From positions 12,442-76,441 of the forward strand of contig JAWAFD010000003.1 of assembly GCA_038890745.1 (NCBI GenBank): a stretch of 64,000 bases of DNA. The letters run 5' to 3'. Shown here in pieces: positions 8,160 to 18,443 of the stretch; the first letter of the stretch is position 1; each line of letters begins with the position of its first letter. This DNA comes from Candidatus Anstonellales archaeon. GTDB taxonomy: Archaea; Micrarchaeota; Micrarchaeia; Anstonellales; J096. The position numbers and the translations under genes are program-made. The notes under the pieces were generated by a model. That model did no database searches. It was given only the letters and a program-made list of their open reading frames with translations, and was not told the origin of the DNA.

Positions 8160-9632
8160 CTATATGATTACTCTTACCCATCTATATGGGGTTTTTTCTA
8201 TATCCTCTTTGCTTTTTTCTCCAAACTTCTCAAATCTTTTTAAAAGTTGAAAAACTAAAACCTCATCAAAAGGTTTTAGACGAATTTCGCTTCTATTTAC
8301 TTCTACCTTTTTTCCGATTATTTCAGATATATGCTGAGCTGTTGCTTCGTGACCAATCACTGAAATAAATTTATTTTTCGCTAAAATATTTATTGCTTCT
8401 TCATCGCTTATCACTTTGAAGTATGCATTCCCGCTGGGATATTTGTTTATATCGAACATATTCAATGAAAAAGAAGATGCTAGATAAATGTTTTTTTCAC
8501 GCTGTTTATTTTTTATTAGCTCTGCTATTCTTCTACATTCTTCCTCACATTTCTTTATATATTTTTCGATCTTTTTGGGACTTATGTTTTGCGAGTTTTG
8601 GGTTTTCCTCCCTGTTCCGGCATGCGCTAAGTAATTTCTCCAATTTTGTATATTCCCAAATATTCCCCTCTCCTTTGTTTCAAGTTTTCCTAATAACTTA
8701 GTAACCATCTCTCTATCATCTTTTTTGTTTCCGTCCATTCCTAATTCTTTACATATTTTCGTTATGTACGCTTCTTCTAGGAATATAACTGCATCACGCA
8801 GATGCTTACGTTTATTATGATATTCCGAAGTGAGCAACATCGCTTCTTCGTTGCTTTTTGCCTCCCCTTCCTTTTCCATAAATGGCTTAAATTCTTTTTT
8901 TAGTTTTTTGATTAACGCTGAGACTATATATTTTTGAATACCATCTAATCCTTCTAGGCTTTCATCTAATTCACCGATAGTTCCAGTTTCATAAATATTT
9001 TTCAAAAACTCACGTATCTCATTTATTTTCCCCATAAATTTTGTATTGCTCTTTCTAAATAGTTCTTTTGCATCCTTGCTTATCTCTTCTATTTTTTGAG
9101 GGTCCAGCGTATTTACAGCCTCTTCCATATCCGCTACAATCTTGAATATTAAAGAGTATTTTTCTAAATTGATAAGTTTACCTTTTTTTGTTTTTTCGTT
9201 AAAGAACTGATAAAAATATTCTATACTGGCTTCCTTCTCTTTTTCAATTATTTGCAATGCAAGTAGTACCAATGTTGTAGTATACTTAAATCCCGTAGTG
9301 GTATCAAAATGTATGGTGGATCTCTCTTCTTCTTTTATTTCCTTGCTAAGATTTACAAGAACATTTTGAAAAAATGCGTTCTGGTCTTCTATATTTTGTA
9401 TTTTTATTTTTTTTATTTTTGAACTATCAATTCTTCCCTTTAAATTTTCTAATTCATTTTCAGCTTCTTCTGTTGGGATTATTGCAATTATTTTATCATA
9501 GCTAAACTCGTTCTTTAGTATTTCTAATGGTATCATTATATTTCTGTATTTTTTTCCCATGTATTCGACTTCTTCTGCTTCTTTATAGTTTTTTCCAACA
9601 TTCATTACATACATTCTCATACAAACCACCAT
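8160..9632 (-). CDS. csx1: Csx1-type CARF-HEPN ribonuclease fused to a C-terminal Crn2/AcrIII-1 (DUF1874) ring nuclease
   Basis: CARF FDTTTGFK; HEPN RNYLAH; C-terminal YLASSFSLNM..SVIGHEATA..VNRSEIRL..QLLKR. Confidence 0.85.
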   Translation of the reverse strand: MVVCMRMYVMNVGKNYKEAEEVEYMGKKYRNIMIPLEILKNEFSYDKIIAIIPTEEAENELENLKGRIDSSKIKKIKIQNIEDQNAFFQNVLVNLSKEIKEEERSTIHFDTTTGFKYTTTLVLLALQIIEKEKEASIEYFYQFFNEKTKKGKLINLEKYSLIFKIVADMEEAVNTLDPQKIEEISKDAKELFRKSNTKFMGKINEIREFLKNIYETGTIGELDESLEGLDGIQKYIVSALIKKLKKEFKPFMEKEGEAKSNEEAMLLTSEYHNKRKHLRDAVIFLEEAYITKICKELGMDGNKKDDREMVTKLLGKLETKERGIFGNIQNWRNYLAHAGTGRKTQNSQNISPKKIEKYIKKCEEECRRIAELIKNKQREKNIYLASSFSLNMFDINKYPSGNAYFKVISDEEAINILAKNKFISVIGHEATAQHISEIIGKKVEVNRSEIRLKPFDEVLVFQLLKRFEKFGEKSKEDIEKTPYRWVRVII

Positions 9633-9633
9633 T

Positions 9634-10518
9634 TCAATATGATGTTATATTTACCCTTCCCATCCCAGCAGTTGTTAGCTTACCTATCCCTCTGTAATTA
9701 GAATATCCTGCCAACAACCCTAATAATTTTTTTGTTTCTTTGGGTAGCGAAGTTATAGAATAAGTTATACTCCCCATTATCCCACTTATTCTCTCTTTTT
9801 TATTTCTTTTTTCTGACCATCGATCAATGGATGTATATTTTTTTATTTTGTTTACGCAAATAGCAGCTTTTTCCAATTTTTTCTTAAAATCTACAAAGTT
9901 TATTTCTGGTTTATATGAATAGTAAAAGAAAGAAGTATTGTGAAAAGAACGTGCCATGGTCATTCCTATACTTTGAAGGGATGGCTCTGTGACCATTGAG
10001 TTCTCGAACCTTAATAGTGTGGGGGTTAAAAAATTAAAACGAATTCTTTCTTTTAATTGAATGCTTCTTACGAATTCTTCTTTAATATTGACTATTTTTG
10101 CACCTACAGACCCATAACCTTTTTTTCTACCTTTTCCTATACTATTTACTTTTTCAATAGCTTTTTTTAGGTGATTTAAAAAATTATTTCCTTTGCCGAA
10201 TAACATAATTTTGAAATTTATCTCTTCATCAACAAAATATGTTTTCTTAGGTTCTAATGGAGGACTAATGGAGTAGGGTTTAGGTATCTGCATTCTATGT
10301 AATGGTTTTTTTACATCCCTTTGCTCTAGTTCGAATAAATATCCATAAGCACATCCTTCAATTCTATTACAACTTTTGCAGTTTTTATTTTTTCCCATAA
10401 GACAAGAATTTTCTCTCAACTTTTGGCCTATTGCACCTCTTATACTGAATCCTTTAAACTCATTTAGATGTACTGGGGTTTTTGGAATAAATTTGGCTTC
10501 TATTACAGTTATCTTCAT
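9634..10518 (-). CDS. cas6: CRISPR endoribonuclease Cas6
   Basis: C-terminal G-loop GIGKLTTAGMG; Cys cluster C..C..C....C-AY. Confidence 0.88.
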   Translation of the reverse strand: MKITVIEAKFIPKTPVHLNEFKGFSIRGAIGQKLRENSCLMGKNKNCKSCNRIEGCAYGYLFELEQRDVKKPLHRMQIPKPYSISPPLEPKKTYFVDEEINFKIMLFGKGNNFLNHLKKAIEKVNSIGKGRKKGYGSVGAKIVNIKEEFVRSIQLKERIRFNFLTPTLLRFENSMVTEPSLQSIGMTMARSFHNTSFFYYSYKPEINFVDFKKKLEKAAICVNKIKKYTSIDRWSEKRNKKERISGIMGSITYSITSLPKETKKLLGLLAGYSNYRGIGKLTTAGMGRVNITSY

Positions 10519-11405
10519 TTTGGTTCAACCCTTACCCACCCAAATGGATAATAAATTTCATTTATTTTTGTAATTTTTATTGTTGTTGAGTTTTCAGAAA
10601 ATTTTCCTTTACCAATTCTTATTAGAATATTATTTTTGTTTTCCTGTTCTATTTTTTTGTAGAATTCCTCTAGTCCATTTAAAGCTTTAATTGTTTCACT
10701 ACGCAGATCTATGATTTTGTTTTTAAAATTCCTTATCCAGTTTAATTCCCCTTTAATCAAATTGCTATTAATATCTTTAATTTTTTCTAATATTTTTTCG
10801 TTTTCTAAATATCGGACCTCTTTCTCATGATAAAATTCGTTTTTTATTATCTCTGCATTAATTTTCTTTCCTGGAGGGATTACCTCAATATAATTATATT
10901 TGATTAGCCTGTTTATTTTTTTCATGCTTAAACTATATATTCTGGATATAGTTAGACTGTCTTTTTCGAGCATTACATCTCTAAATATTATGTATGACAA
11001 GGTAGGTTTATTGCTGACTTTGTCTATGTGATGTACTGAGCCTGGGCCAGTGTAGGACACGAAAGTGCCCTTTATAGATGATCCTGGAATATAAGGTTTG
11101 CCATCTATATTTATAAATTCATTTATTACAATATCATCTTTGTTAGCTATGTCTTCAACTATTTTTATCCCACCACTACTTAAAGCATATTTTTCACTAA
11201 TTTCTCTTAATTTTTTTATTTTTTCTTTGTGATCCTTTTTCTCTTTAAATTCTTTTATTATTTTTTTTAGGTCATCTATTGTATAGCGATTTAGATCTAC
11301 GTCAACTAAATAACCATTTTTTATTACGCAATCAAAAGGGTAATGTTTTTCACTACCATTACCAATATGAATTGGAGACAATGTGTAGAACAAATATTCT
11401 TTCAT
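10515..11405 (-). CDS. csm5: Type III-A RAMP Csm5
   Basis: TLSPIHIGNG, PYIPGSSIKG, PFGWV; operon position. Confidence 0.85.
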   Translation of the reverse strand: MKEYLFYTLSPIHIGNGSEKHYPFDCVIKNGYLVDVDLNRYTIDDLKKIIKEFKEKKDHKEKIKKLREISEKYALSSGGIKIVEDIANKDDIVINEFINIDGKPYIPGSSIKGTFVSYTGPGSVHHIDKVSNKPTLSYIIFRDVMLEKDSLTISRIYSLSMKKINRLIKYNYIEVIPPGKKINAEIIKNEFYHEKEVRYLENEKILEKIKDINSNLIKGELNWIRNFKNKIIDLRSETIKALNGLEEFYKKIEQENKNNILIRIGKGKFSENSTTIKITKINEIYYPFGWVRVEPK

Positions 11406-12319
11406 GATCTCACCTCTGGATCTATTTTAAATAAACTATCAAGATCGGCTTTAAGGTATAGTTTTATTGTTCTTCCGTTGAAAATCTTTTCTTCACTATC
11501 TAACTTTATTATTTTGCCATTTGATGGTATATCACTAAAAATTCCGCCCGAAGGGTAGTATAAGAATGAGATACCGGATCTTATTTTTTGATCGCCTTTT
11601 TCTGACAAGAAACTATTATATTTCTCTATACGAGAAAATATGAATTCACTGTTTTCCTCCGGGATGTAATCCGAAAGGTTTATGAAAAATTTTTCTTTTT
11701 TGGTGAGATATTCTTTATTGAATTCAGATAATATGTTCGACGGGTCTTTAAATACTAATCTGCTTGCTCCAACTGATTTATCAGCCCCCATTCCATAAGA
11801 TGACATTTTTAATAGAGCGTTCTCTATTATCTCTTTGTTTTTTTCTTCTACGGAGATTAAAAGAAAGGCATTTTTGACTATTGTTATATCATAATAAAAC
11901 ATATTCCTTTCCCTTATATAATTCCCTATTCTTCTTATCTTTTTTTGTTCTTCCTTTTTTTTGTTTGTGCGTTCTGTTAAACTATTCATTATCCTGTCTT
12001 TGATGAGGTCATCTGTTACCTCTTTGTCTGTGTCTTTTATCAGAACCTCTGTTTCTTTAAGCTCCTTTCTTAGTTTCTTTCTTATTTCTTTGTTTTGTAT
12101 GAATCCCACTGCGTTTTGTAATCTTACACAGAATCCAAATTCAACATTTTTCATAATTCTACTAACTGCAAATTCTTTATCTTCTAAAAGTTTTTTTCCA
12201 TCTTCCCCGAAAAAATCTATAGCAGTTTTCAGTATGGCTCCTGAAATTTGCATGCTTGTTAATAATCCTGACGAAGTGTTGTATCTTATTTCATCAAATT
12301 CTGCTTTATATATTGTCAA
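11402..12319 (-). CDS. csm4: Type III-A RAMP Csm4
   Basis: GMGADKSVG loop; lies between csm3 and csm5. Confidence 0.8.
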   Translation of the reverse strand: MTIYKAEFDEIRYNTSSGLLTSMQISGAILKTAIDFFGEDGKKLLEDKEFAVSRIMKNVEFGFCVRLQNAVGFIQNKEIRKKLRKELKETEVLIKDTDKEVTDDLIKDRIMNSLTERTNKKKEEQKKIRRIGNYIRERNMFYYDITIVKNAFLLISVEEKNKEIIENALLKMSSYGMGADKSVGASRLVFKDPSNILSEFNKEYLTKKEKFFINLSDYIPEENSEFIFSRIEKYNSFLSEKGDQKIRSGISFLYYPSGGIFSDIPSNGKIIKLDSEEKIFNGRTIKLYLKADLDSLFKIDPEVRS

Positions 12320-12330
12320 ATGCCCCCCTC

Positions 12331-12954
12331 CTATATTTTATTTAACTCATCAAGGTTGTTTATTTCCAATTTAACTTTTCCGTACCCTCTTGTTCCGCTT
12401 CCGCCCAAATAATTGCTATTGAGAAGCTCTACCATTTTTTCTATTTTATTTTTTAATTCACTTGGAGGTATAATGTATTTTCCATCATTTTTTTCTAGTA
12501 TAACTACCATCTCGAAATCAAATTTTGTTCCGGGTTTTACTCTTTCAGAGCTTCTTAGGTCTTTTGCTTTTCCTGTATTCCGGTCTATTCTGTTTTCTAT
12601 CTTTACTTCTATGAAATCATTTGGATCTCGATTTTTCTGTTCACGACTTACAAAGGAATCTCTAAATATTAAAATTCCTTGTTTCTCAGGACTTCCAAAA
12701 AGTAATTCAATCTCATCCTTTTCTTTACCCTCTGTAATAATTTTACCTTTTTCATTATATTTTATGCCAATTAATTTTTCGTATAAGCATCTAATTTTTC
12801 CCTTTAGAGAGCTTCCCGGTATATATGGATATCCTTCTGGATCTTTTATTACAGGGTTATCTATTCCTGCGATCTCATACGTCCCTTCGCCTCCTATGTG
12901 CAATCCACTCAATACTGTTATTTCTCCTTTCAAAACCTTCGTTTCAAATCCCAT
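12331..12954 (-). CDS. csm3: Type III-A Csm3 (Cas7)
   Basis: LHIGG, IDNPVIK, PYIPGSSLKGKIR, LGGSGTRGYG. Confidence 0.95.
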   Translation of the reverse strand: MGFETKVLKGEITVLSGLHIGGEGTYEIAGIDNPVIKDPEGYPYIPGSSLKGKIRCLYEKLIGIKYNEKGKIITEGKEKDEIELLFGSPEKQGILIFRDSFVSREQKNRDPNDFIEVKIENRIDRNTGKAKDLRSSERVKPGTKFDFEMVVILEKNDGKYIIPPSELKNKIEKMVELLNSNYLGGSGTRGYGKVKLEINNLDELNKI

Positions 12955-12965
12955 ATTCTCACCTC

Positions 12966-13388
12966 TTACTTTCCTTTTATGTTAGCAAGCATTAGTGTTG
13001 ATGCATACTCAAGCGGGAGTATATAATTCTCCTCTATTGATTCTTCTTTGCCTAATTTTTCACCTATTGATTCAAATATATCTGCATAAAATTCTGCAAT
13101 AACTTTTACTTTTTTATCAGTATTTTTTTTGGATGCTATGTATCTAAATTTTGCTGCTGTTAGCAGTAAGTCCTTCTCAGCCATTTTTCTTTTTATTCCA
13201 CTTATTGACTTAAATAGCTCTATAGTTTTACTTCTAGGAATTTCGTATAATTGTGCTTTTATTTTTTCGATCGCGTTTTTTATTTTGTACATTTTATCCT
13301 TAGCGTTGTCGCTGCTCAGTATAGTATCCTTTATACTTCTCAAATCCAGAGGTTTCTCCTCATCTTTACGTCCATTCATTTCAATCAC
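12966..13388 (-). CDS. csm2: Probable Csm2 small subunit
   Basis: 140-aa helical protein between cas10 and csm3; assigned mainly by position. Confidence 0.65.
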   Translation of the reverse strand: MIEMNGRKDEEKPLDLRSIKDTILSSDNAKDKMYKIKNAIEKIKAQLYEIPRSKTIELFKSISGIKRKMAEKDLLLTAAKFRYIASKKNTDKKVKVIAEFYADIFESIGEKLGKEESIEENYILPLEYASTLMLANIKGK

Positions 13389-15738
13389 CTCTTTTTAGAT
13401 CATAAAAATCATTTCCTTCCCCTAATTTAAATTTTGAAAATAATAATGCGGTGGAAAGACTCTGTAAAAAGGTCTCTTTCTCTATAGTTTCCTTTATACT
13501 GTTATAATCTTCGGCATCCTTTTGACTTATTGATTTTTTGTGTCTTTCTATTATGTAATCCATTTTTGCTTTTGAAAATAGTTTTTTTATTTGTCTATCT
13601 ATTTCTTTATACTTTTTGCTAATGGATATTCCTGGATCCAAATATACACTCATTAGATTATACAAGAGGCTTCTAGAGATATTTTTGTTCTCCTTCATTA
13701 TATCTATAACCTTAAACAAATCTTCGTATTCATCATTTCCAATAACATTCCTATCACCAGGTACGAAAGAAATGTAGGTTGCATTTTTTGTCCTACTGTT
13801 GTTTTTCTTATATCTTTTTGCTTCTTTAAGTCCTATCTCTCCAATTTCACTTAGTTCTCTTACTGGGAATCTGTGATGCTCTACTATTATACTTGCAGAA
13901 TATGTTATTCCATATTTATCATCTTCTGAATGGAAAATTTTGTAGAAATTTTCCTTAAAATTTTTCATAAAGACTAGTGCGTAATCATATCTTGTTATAA
14001 GGGTTATATCATCGCCTCCCGCATATAAGAGATAAAACTTTTTATTATTTTTTTCTTTTTCATGTTTTTTTTCGCCTATTGTTTCATTTATTCCAGAATT
14101 TAAGCATTCTATCATTGATTTTTCCATTAAAGTTATAAATTCAAGTGTAAGAGAAAAATCTTTGCAACATTTTTCTACTTTGTCTCCAAGCCCATCTATA
14201 TCAATTTTAATGAAAGCTAGATATGGCGTATTCTTCTTTCTTTCTTCAACTTCTATGATCTCATCTATTTTGTCATTTATCCATAATGGTATCAAATGAT
14301 AATCGACCCCAAGATTATTTTTTATGTAATCTATAATATTAAACTGTTCTGAAACTTTACCTACTTTTAAAAATAGGTCGACAAATCCATTATTTATCTT
14401 TAGATTTTTGATTTTATCTATATCCATAACGAATATCTTAAATCTTCCAAATTCGAATACTGGTTCTTCATCGATAATATTTCTTGTTTTTTCGGTATAT
14501 AGTATTCCGGATATCATACGCTCGTAACTACATTTTGTTCCTAATTTTTCCATGCTTTTGCATGCTTCACAACAATCTTTATTACCCGTATAAATCTCAC
14601 CGCACCTATCACATTTTTTTCCATTTTTTATTGTTTGATCATCTATTTTATATGTATAACTGTTAAATCCTGCCTTTTCGAAAATTATTGTGTTGTAGTT
14701 TTTTGGTTCGATATCCTTCTTTTGATCTTTTAGGTTTATCGTTAATTTTACTATCCCAAAAGATGCTGAAAGCGGGAAATACCCCAATTCTATTAATTTT
14801 TTGTTAAACTGTTCCAATTGATTTTTTATTTTTTTTGATGGGTCTTCATCAGACAAAAAGGCAAACTTTCCAGAAGAGAGAAACAATAATGCAGCAATGT
14901 TTAATTCAAGTTCTTTTAATATCTCTAACGATAGTAATCTAGTTATAGCGTATATAAATATTGATCTGCCCCTCATTATTTTTGATGATACTTCCCCTCT
15001 ATAGTCTTTTTTTAAGAATTTTGTTATAAACCGTTGGATGCCATTAAGTTTTACAAGACAATAATATATTTCTGTTTTTTCGTCCCCTATTTTTATATTT
15101 TTTTTCTTAAGTATGTAAGCTAGTGATGATGATGCTTTTGAATGAGAATAAATTGAGTAGACCGGACATTCATGCTGTTTGTAAGATGGTACTGCATAAG
15201 TGTAGTCTCGGAGTATAGTGCTTATGTTTTGGTATTGATATTCAAAATTTTCCTTGTTTATGTTTTTTAATGCTTCTACTAATTCCATTTCAAATTTTTT
15301 ACTTTGTGAGCTTTCATGTGCTATTTCGATTTTTTCATGTTCCCTTACACTATATGGTGCTATTTCATCTAGTGTAAATTTTGTACATAATCTATCGCAT
15401 TCAAGCGTATCCACAAAGTAAGCAGGCAGTAAAGTTTTTCCTTCTTCATCATCTTCTTCTTTTTCTGGTCTCATGCTTGCTGAGATCTGGTCTCCTAATT
15501 TTACATACATTATTTGTTCCTCATCGATTTCATTGTGATGTTTTTCTACTAGGCAGGCTACAGAAGAAAGTTCCGGTGCATTTTTTTCTATGAATTCTGC
15601 ACCAATTTCTGCATGCTTTCTTCTACCTTCTATATTTTTCAATATTGTTTTATATCTCTTTTGAAAAGATTTTCCTAAATCGTGAAGAAGTGCAGCAAGA
15701 ATAATTTCTTGTTCTGAATTTATACTACTTTTCATCAT
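13381..15738 (-). CDS. cas10: Cas10/Csm1 with HD nuclease and cyclase motifs intact
   Basis: LLHDLGK, GIQRFI, CDRC..CEAC, IDIDGLG, YAGGDD. Confidence 0.96.
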   Translation of the reverse strand: MMKSSINSEQEIILAALLHDLGKSFQKRYKTILKNIEGRRKHAEIGAEFIEKNAPELSSVACLVEKHHNEIDEEQIMYVKLGDQISASMRPEKEEDDEEGKTLLPAYFVDTLECDRLCTKFTLDEIAPYSVREHEKIEIAHESSQSKKFEMELVEALKNINKENFEYQYQNISTILRDYTYAVPSYKQHECPVYSIYSHSKASSSLAYILKKKNIKIGDEKTEIYYCLVKLNGIQRFITKFLKKDYRGEVSSKIMRGRSIFIYAITRLLSLEILKELELNIAALLFLSSGKFAFLSDEDPSKKIKNQLEQFNKKLIELGYFPLSASFGIVKLTINLKDQKKDIEPKNYNTIIFEKAGFNSYTYKIDDQTIKNGKKCDRCGEIYTGNKDCCEACKSMEKLGTKCSYERMISGILYTEKTRNIIDEEPVFEFGRFKIFVMDIDKIKNLKINNGFVDLFLKVGKVSEQFNIIDYIKNNLGVDYHLIPLWINDKIDEIIEVEERKKNTPYLAFIKIDIDGLGDKVEKCCKDFSLTLEFITLMEKSMIECLNSGINETIGEKKHEKEKNNKKFYLLYAGGDDITLITRYDYALVFMKNFKENFYKIFHSEDDKYGITYSASIIVEHHRFPVRELSEIGEIGLKEAKRYKKNNSRTKNATYISFVPGDRNVIGNDEYEDLFKVIDIMKENKNISRSLLYNLMSVYLDPGISISKKYKEIDRQIKKLFSKAKMDYIIERHKKSISQKDAEDYNSIKETIEKETFLQSLSTALLFSKFKLGEGNDFYDLKRGD

Positions 15739-15795
15739 TACCCCATGTTGAAATTGACTACAATAAGTTTTTAAATTTTTTTTCTGATGATTCTA

Positions 15796-16494
15796 CTAAC
15801 TTCTTTTTGTTTTTTCTTCTACCAATTTAAGCAACTTTTTTTGGTATTCGTCCATGAAATAAAAAACCTCTTTACCTTTTTTGATACTGTTTATCCACCC
15901 TTGATTGATCATTTTCTTTGTTGCTATGAATATAGTTTGTTTTTTTCTACCCATTCTTTTTGTTAATTCTGAAAGTGAAATGGGTTCTCTACTATTCGCT
16001 ATTTCATTTAAGATATTCGTGTAAGTGATGGTTTTTCTTTTATGTTTGGTTTGACTGAGGAAAAAGAAATATGCTGAAATTGGAAGTATTTGTGTTTGTT
16101 TTTTATATGGTGTATGTTTGATTAATATTTTTTTATTTTCAACTATGTGGCGTTTCTCGAACACATTTTGCGAAACTGATAGTATAAGTGCAAAGAATAT
16201 CTCTTTCGATGCCCCCGTCATATCCACGATAATTTCGTCTGCTGTTTCCGTTAACAATTTATCAAATTTATACTTCATATTTAAAAAATCATAGAAGTCT
16301 GCTTCTTCTTCTGATGTTTCTGTGATTTTGAGTAGGTTTATGTATTCTTTTTTTATTTTTTCCCACACGCTCTTAGAGTCTAATGAGTAATATATACTTA
16401 TAGTATCTGGTTTTATATATTTCATAATATAATTCATAGACTCTTTTATCGCTTCTTCGTTTTTTCCTACAAAAATAATAGCTTTTTTTCGCAT
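15796..16494 (-). CDS. Csa3-like CARF-wHTH transcriptional regulator
   Basis: IIVDMTGASK (CARF) and C-terminal ISLSELTKRMGRKKQTIF..QGWI..KKGKEVFY (winged HTH). Confidence 0.75.
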   Translation of the reverse strand: MRKKAIIFVGKNEEAIKESMNYIMKYIKPDTISIYYSLDSKSVWEKIKKEYINLLKITETSEEEADFYDFLNMKYKFDKLLTETADEIIVDMTGASKEIFFALILSVSQNVFEKRHIVENKKILIKHTPYKKQTQILPISAYFFFLSQTKHKRKTITYTNILNEIANSREPISLSELTKRMGRKKQTIFIATKKMINQGWINSIKKGKEVFYFMDEYQKKLLKLVEEKTKRS

Positions 16495-16547
16495 GCTTTA
16501 TTTTATTTTTGGAAATATTTTTAAATGTTTCGTTTAATCATCAGACA

Positions 16548-16574
16548 AAAAATTTAAAAATAACCTATTTTTAA
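16548..16574 (+). promoter_or_regulatory. cas4-cas1-cas2 promoter with an inverted repeat over the TATA box
   Basis: TTAAAAATA-ACC-TATTTTTAA; SD AGGTGA before ATG 16593. Confidence 0.6.
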
Positions 16575-16592
16575 TTATAATCAGGTGAAAAA

Positions 16593-17102
16593 ATGAATGT
16601 AAAATGTAGTGAGATAAGATTGTTTGTAATAAATAGGAAGGCCTGGTTTCTGAGCCTTCTTGGAATGGGTAAGAAGTATCTTCCCATGGGAAGAGCAAAG
16701 CACGAGGCAATATTCTCGGATACAGCAGAAGATAACCACAAAGTAGTGTTTGATACAAAAGATAGATTCGAAGTAGAGATGGTTAAGAAGCTTATCTTTT
16801 CATTCGGAAAACCTAAACAAGCAGAGAAAAAAATTAACCCAGTTTATAAACTGATAGGAAAAGCAGATGGTTTCATAAATGGCTTGCCTTTTGAAGTCAA
16901 ATTCTGCGAAAAAGAAAACCAAGGGGATTTTTTGCAAGCTGCTTCTTATGCACTCCTTTACAGTACCAGCAAGTCATATCTTTTCTATCCTTCTAGGTAT
17001 TTTGTAGTAGATCCTAATGAATATATCGACAGGATAGCAGATGTTGTAGACAAGATACTAGCAGTGAAGGAGGCGCTTTTCTATGATACTTATATGCGAT
17101 GA
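16593..17102 (+). CDS. cas4: Divergent Cas4-like nuclease lacking the Fe-S cysteines
   Basis: MGRAKHE, LIGKAD, PFEVK, QAASY; directly upstream of cas1. Confidence 0.75.
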   Translation: MNVKCSEIRLFVINRKAWFLSLLGMGKKYLPMGRAKHEAIFSDTAEDNHKVVFDTKDRFEVEMVKKLIFSFGKPKQAEKKINPVYKLIGKADGFINGLPFEVKFCEKENQGDFLQAASYALLYSTSKSYLFYPSRYFVVDPNEYIDRIADVVDKILAVKEALFYDTYMR

Positions 17103-17970
17103 GTTCGGGACATGGATAGGCAAAAAGGGTGAAAGAATCATACTCAAAAAGGGAGGTGATGTCATAAAAGAGGTATCTATGAGAAAAATCGAGGGGATTA
17201 TGGTGGGGAAAGGTGTTTCATTATCTTCTGATTTCTTAGTTATGCTTTCTAAAAACAACATCCCCGTCTTCTTCTCATCTGACCTTTCCTCACCATTTAT
17301 TTTTTCTTCTTCTTCCCTTTCCTTGTCAAATCTTCGTTATGCTCAATCTCATATTTCCGATGATAAGAAAAAGACATTCGTAAAAAACATACTGTTCTCT
17401 AAAATTTTTAATCAATACTCATTGGCTCTTCATCTGTTTGGTGAAGAATTATCTTATGATGATTTTTATCCTTCTGTAGAGTATGAGAGTAATTTTGCTA
17501 AGAGATATTGGTCTTGTGTTAGGAAACATATCCCAATGTTTGTATCCAGGGATAGAAAAAGTGAAGATAACGTAAACCTTTCGCTTAATTATGGCTATGG
17601 TATTCTTCGTATCAGTATTTTAAAATCTGTCCTTGCTTCAGGATTGGACCCTTATTTTGGCATGATCCATCACTTAAAGGACTATTCTACTTCATTTGTC
17701 TTTGATGTAATGGAACCGTTTAGACCTATTGTGGACTATGCAGTTTTTCTATGCAAAGATGATTTAGATAAAGACTTTAACTCAGAATTGAAATATATTA
17801 TTGCTAAAAAAGTTTTATCAGTTTTTAAATCTAACTTTTTTTATAAAACTAAGAGAACTTCTCTTGATAGAATATTCCTTCTTTTTTGTTATGAGATTGG
17901 ACATTTTTTTAGAGATGAAGAAAAAAATGATTTTGCAACATTCCGGGTATTCAGATGGCCAAGATTATAG
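17083..17970 (+). CDS. cas1: CRISPR integrase Cas1
   Basis: N.SLNYGYGIL, GLDPYFGMIH, FDVMEPFRPIVD. Confidence 0.95.
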   Translation: MILICDEFGTWIGKKGERIILKKGGDVIKEVSMRKIEGIMVGKGVSLSSDFLVMLSKNNIPVFFSSDLSSPFIFSSSSLSLSNLRYAQSHISDDKKKTFVKNILFSKIFNQYSLALHLFGEELSYDDFYPSVEYESNFAKRYWSCVRKHIPMFVSRDRKSEDNVNLSLNYGYGILRISILKSVLASGLDPYFGMIHHLKDYSTSFVFDVMEPFRPIVDYAVFLCKDDLDKDFNSELKYIIAKKVLSVFKSNFFYKTKRTSLDRIFLLFCYEIGHFFRDEEKNDFATFRVFRWPRL

Positions 17971-18230
17971 TTTTCTATGACATCAAGGATGATAGAAGAA
18001 GGTATGGCTTTGCTGATTTTTTGAAAAACATAGGTTTAGAGAGGATTCAGTTCAGTGGTTTTATGGGAGAGATAAGAGAGAAGGATTTTAATGAACTTAT
18101 TTCTGGTATTCCTAAAAAAATAAATGACGCAGAAGATACTGTTCATCTTGTTCTGCTTTCTTCTTTTTCAGAGGTAAAGTGTTTTGGAAGAGGGTGGATC
18201 CCTTCAGATCCGGACATTCTTATTTTTTGA
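17955..18230 (+). CDS. cas2: Cas2
   Basis: IVFYDIKDDRRR, GLERIQFSGF. Confidence 0.95.
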   Translation: MAKIIVFYDIKDDRRRYGFADFLKNIGLERIQFSGFMGEIREKDFNELISGIPKKINDAEDTVHLVLLSSFSEVKCFGRGWIPSDPDILIF

Positions 18231-18443
18231 TTTTTAAATTTTTCCATAAAATTGACAGGATATATAGTTTTATTTTGAGATATTATATGTAGATATTTAA
18301 TGGCCCATTAGCCGAAAAATTTAAAAATAACTTATTAGTTAAACTGAGCATATAGAGGCGCAAATAAATACGCGTATTAAAGCGTGCCGCCTTATTTTCT
18401 GTTTTTGCCTGTGTATTATACAAGTTTTTGTTATAGTTTATGT
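18231..18443 (+). promoter_or_regulatory. CRISPR leader
   Basis: AT-rich non-coding stretch between cas2 and the first repeat; BRE/TATA-like GAAAAATTTAAAAA at 18314. Confidence 0.8.
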
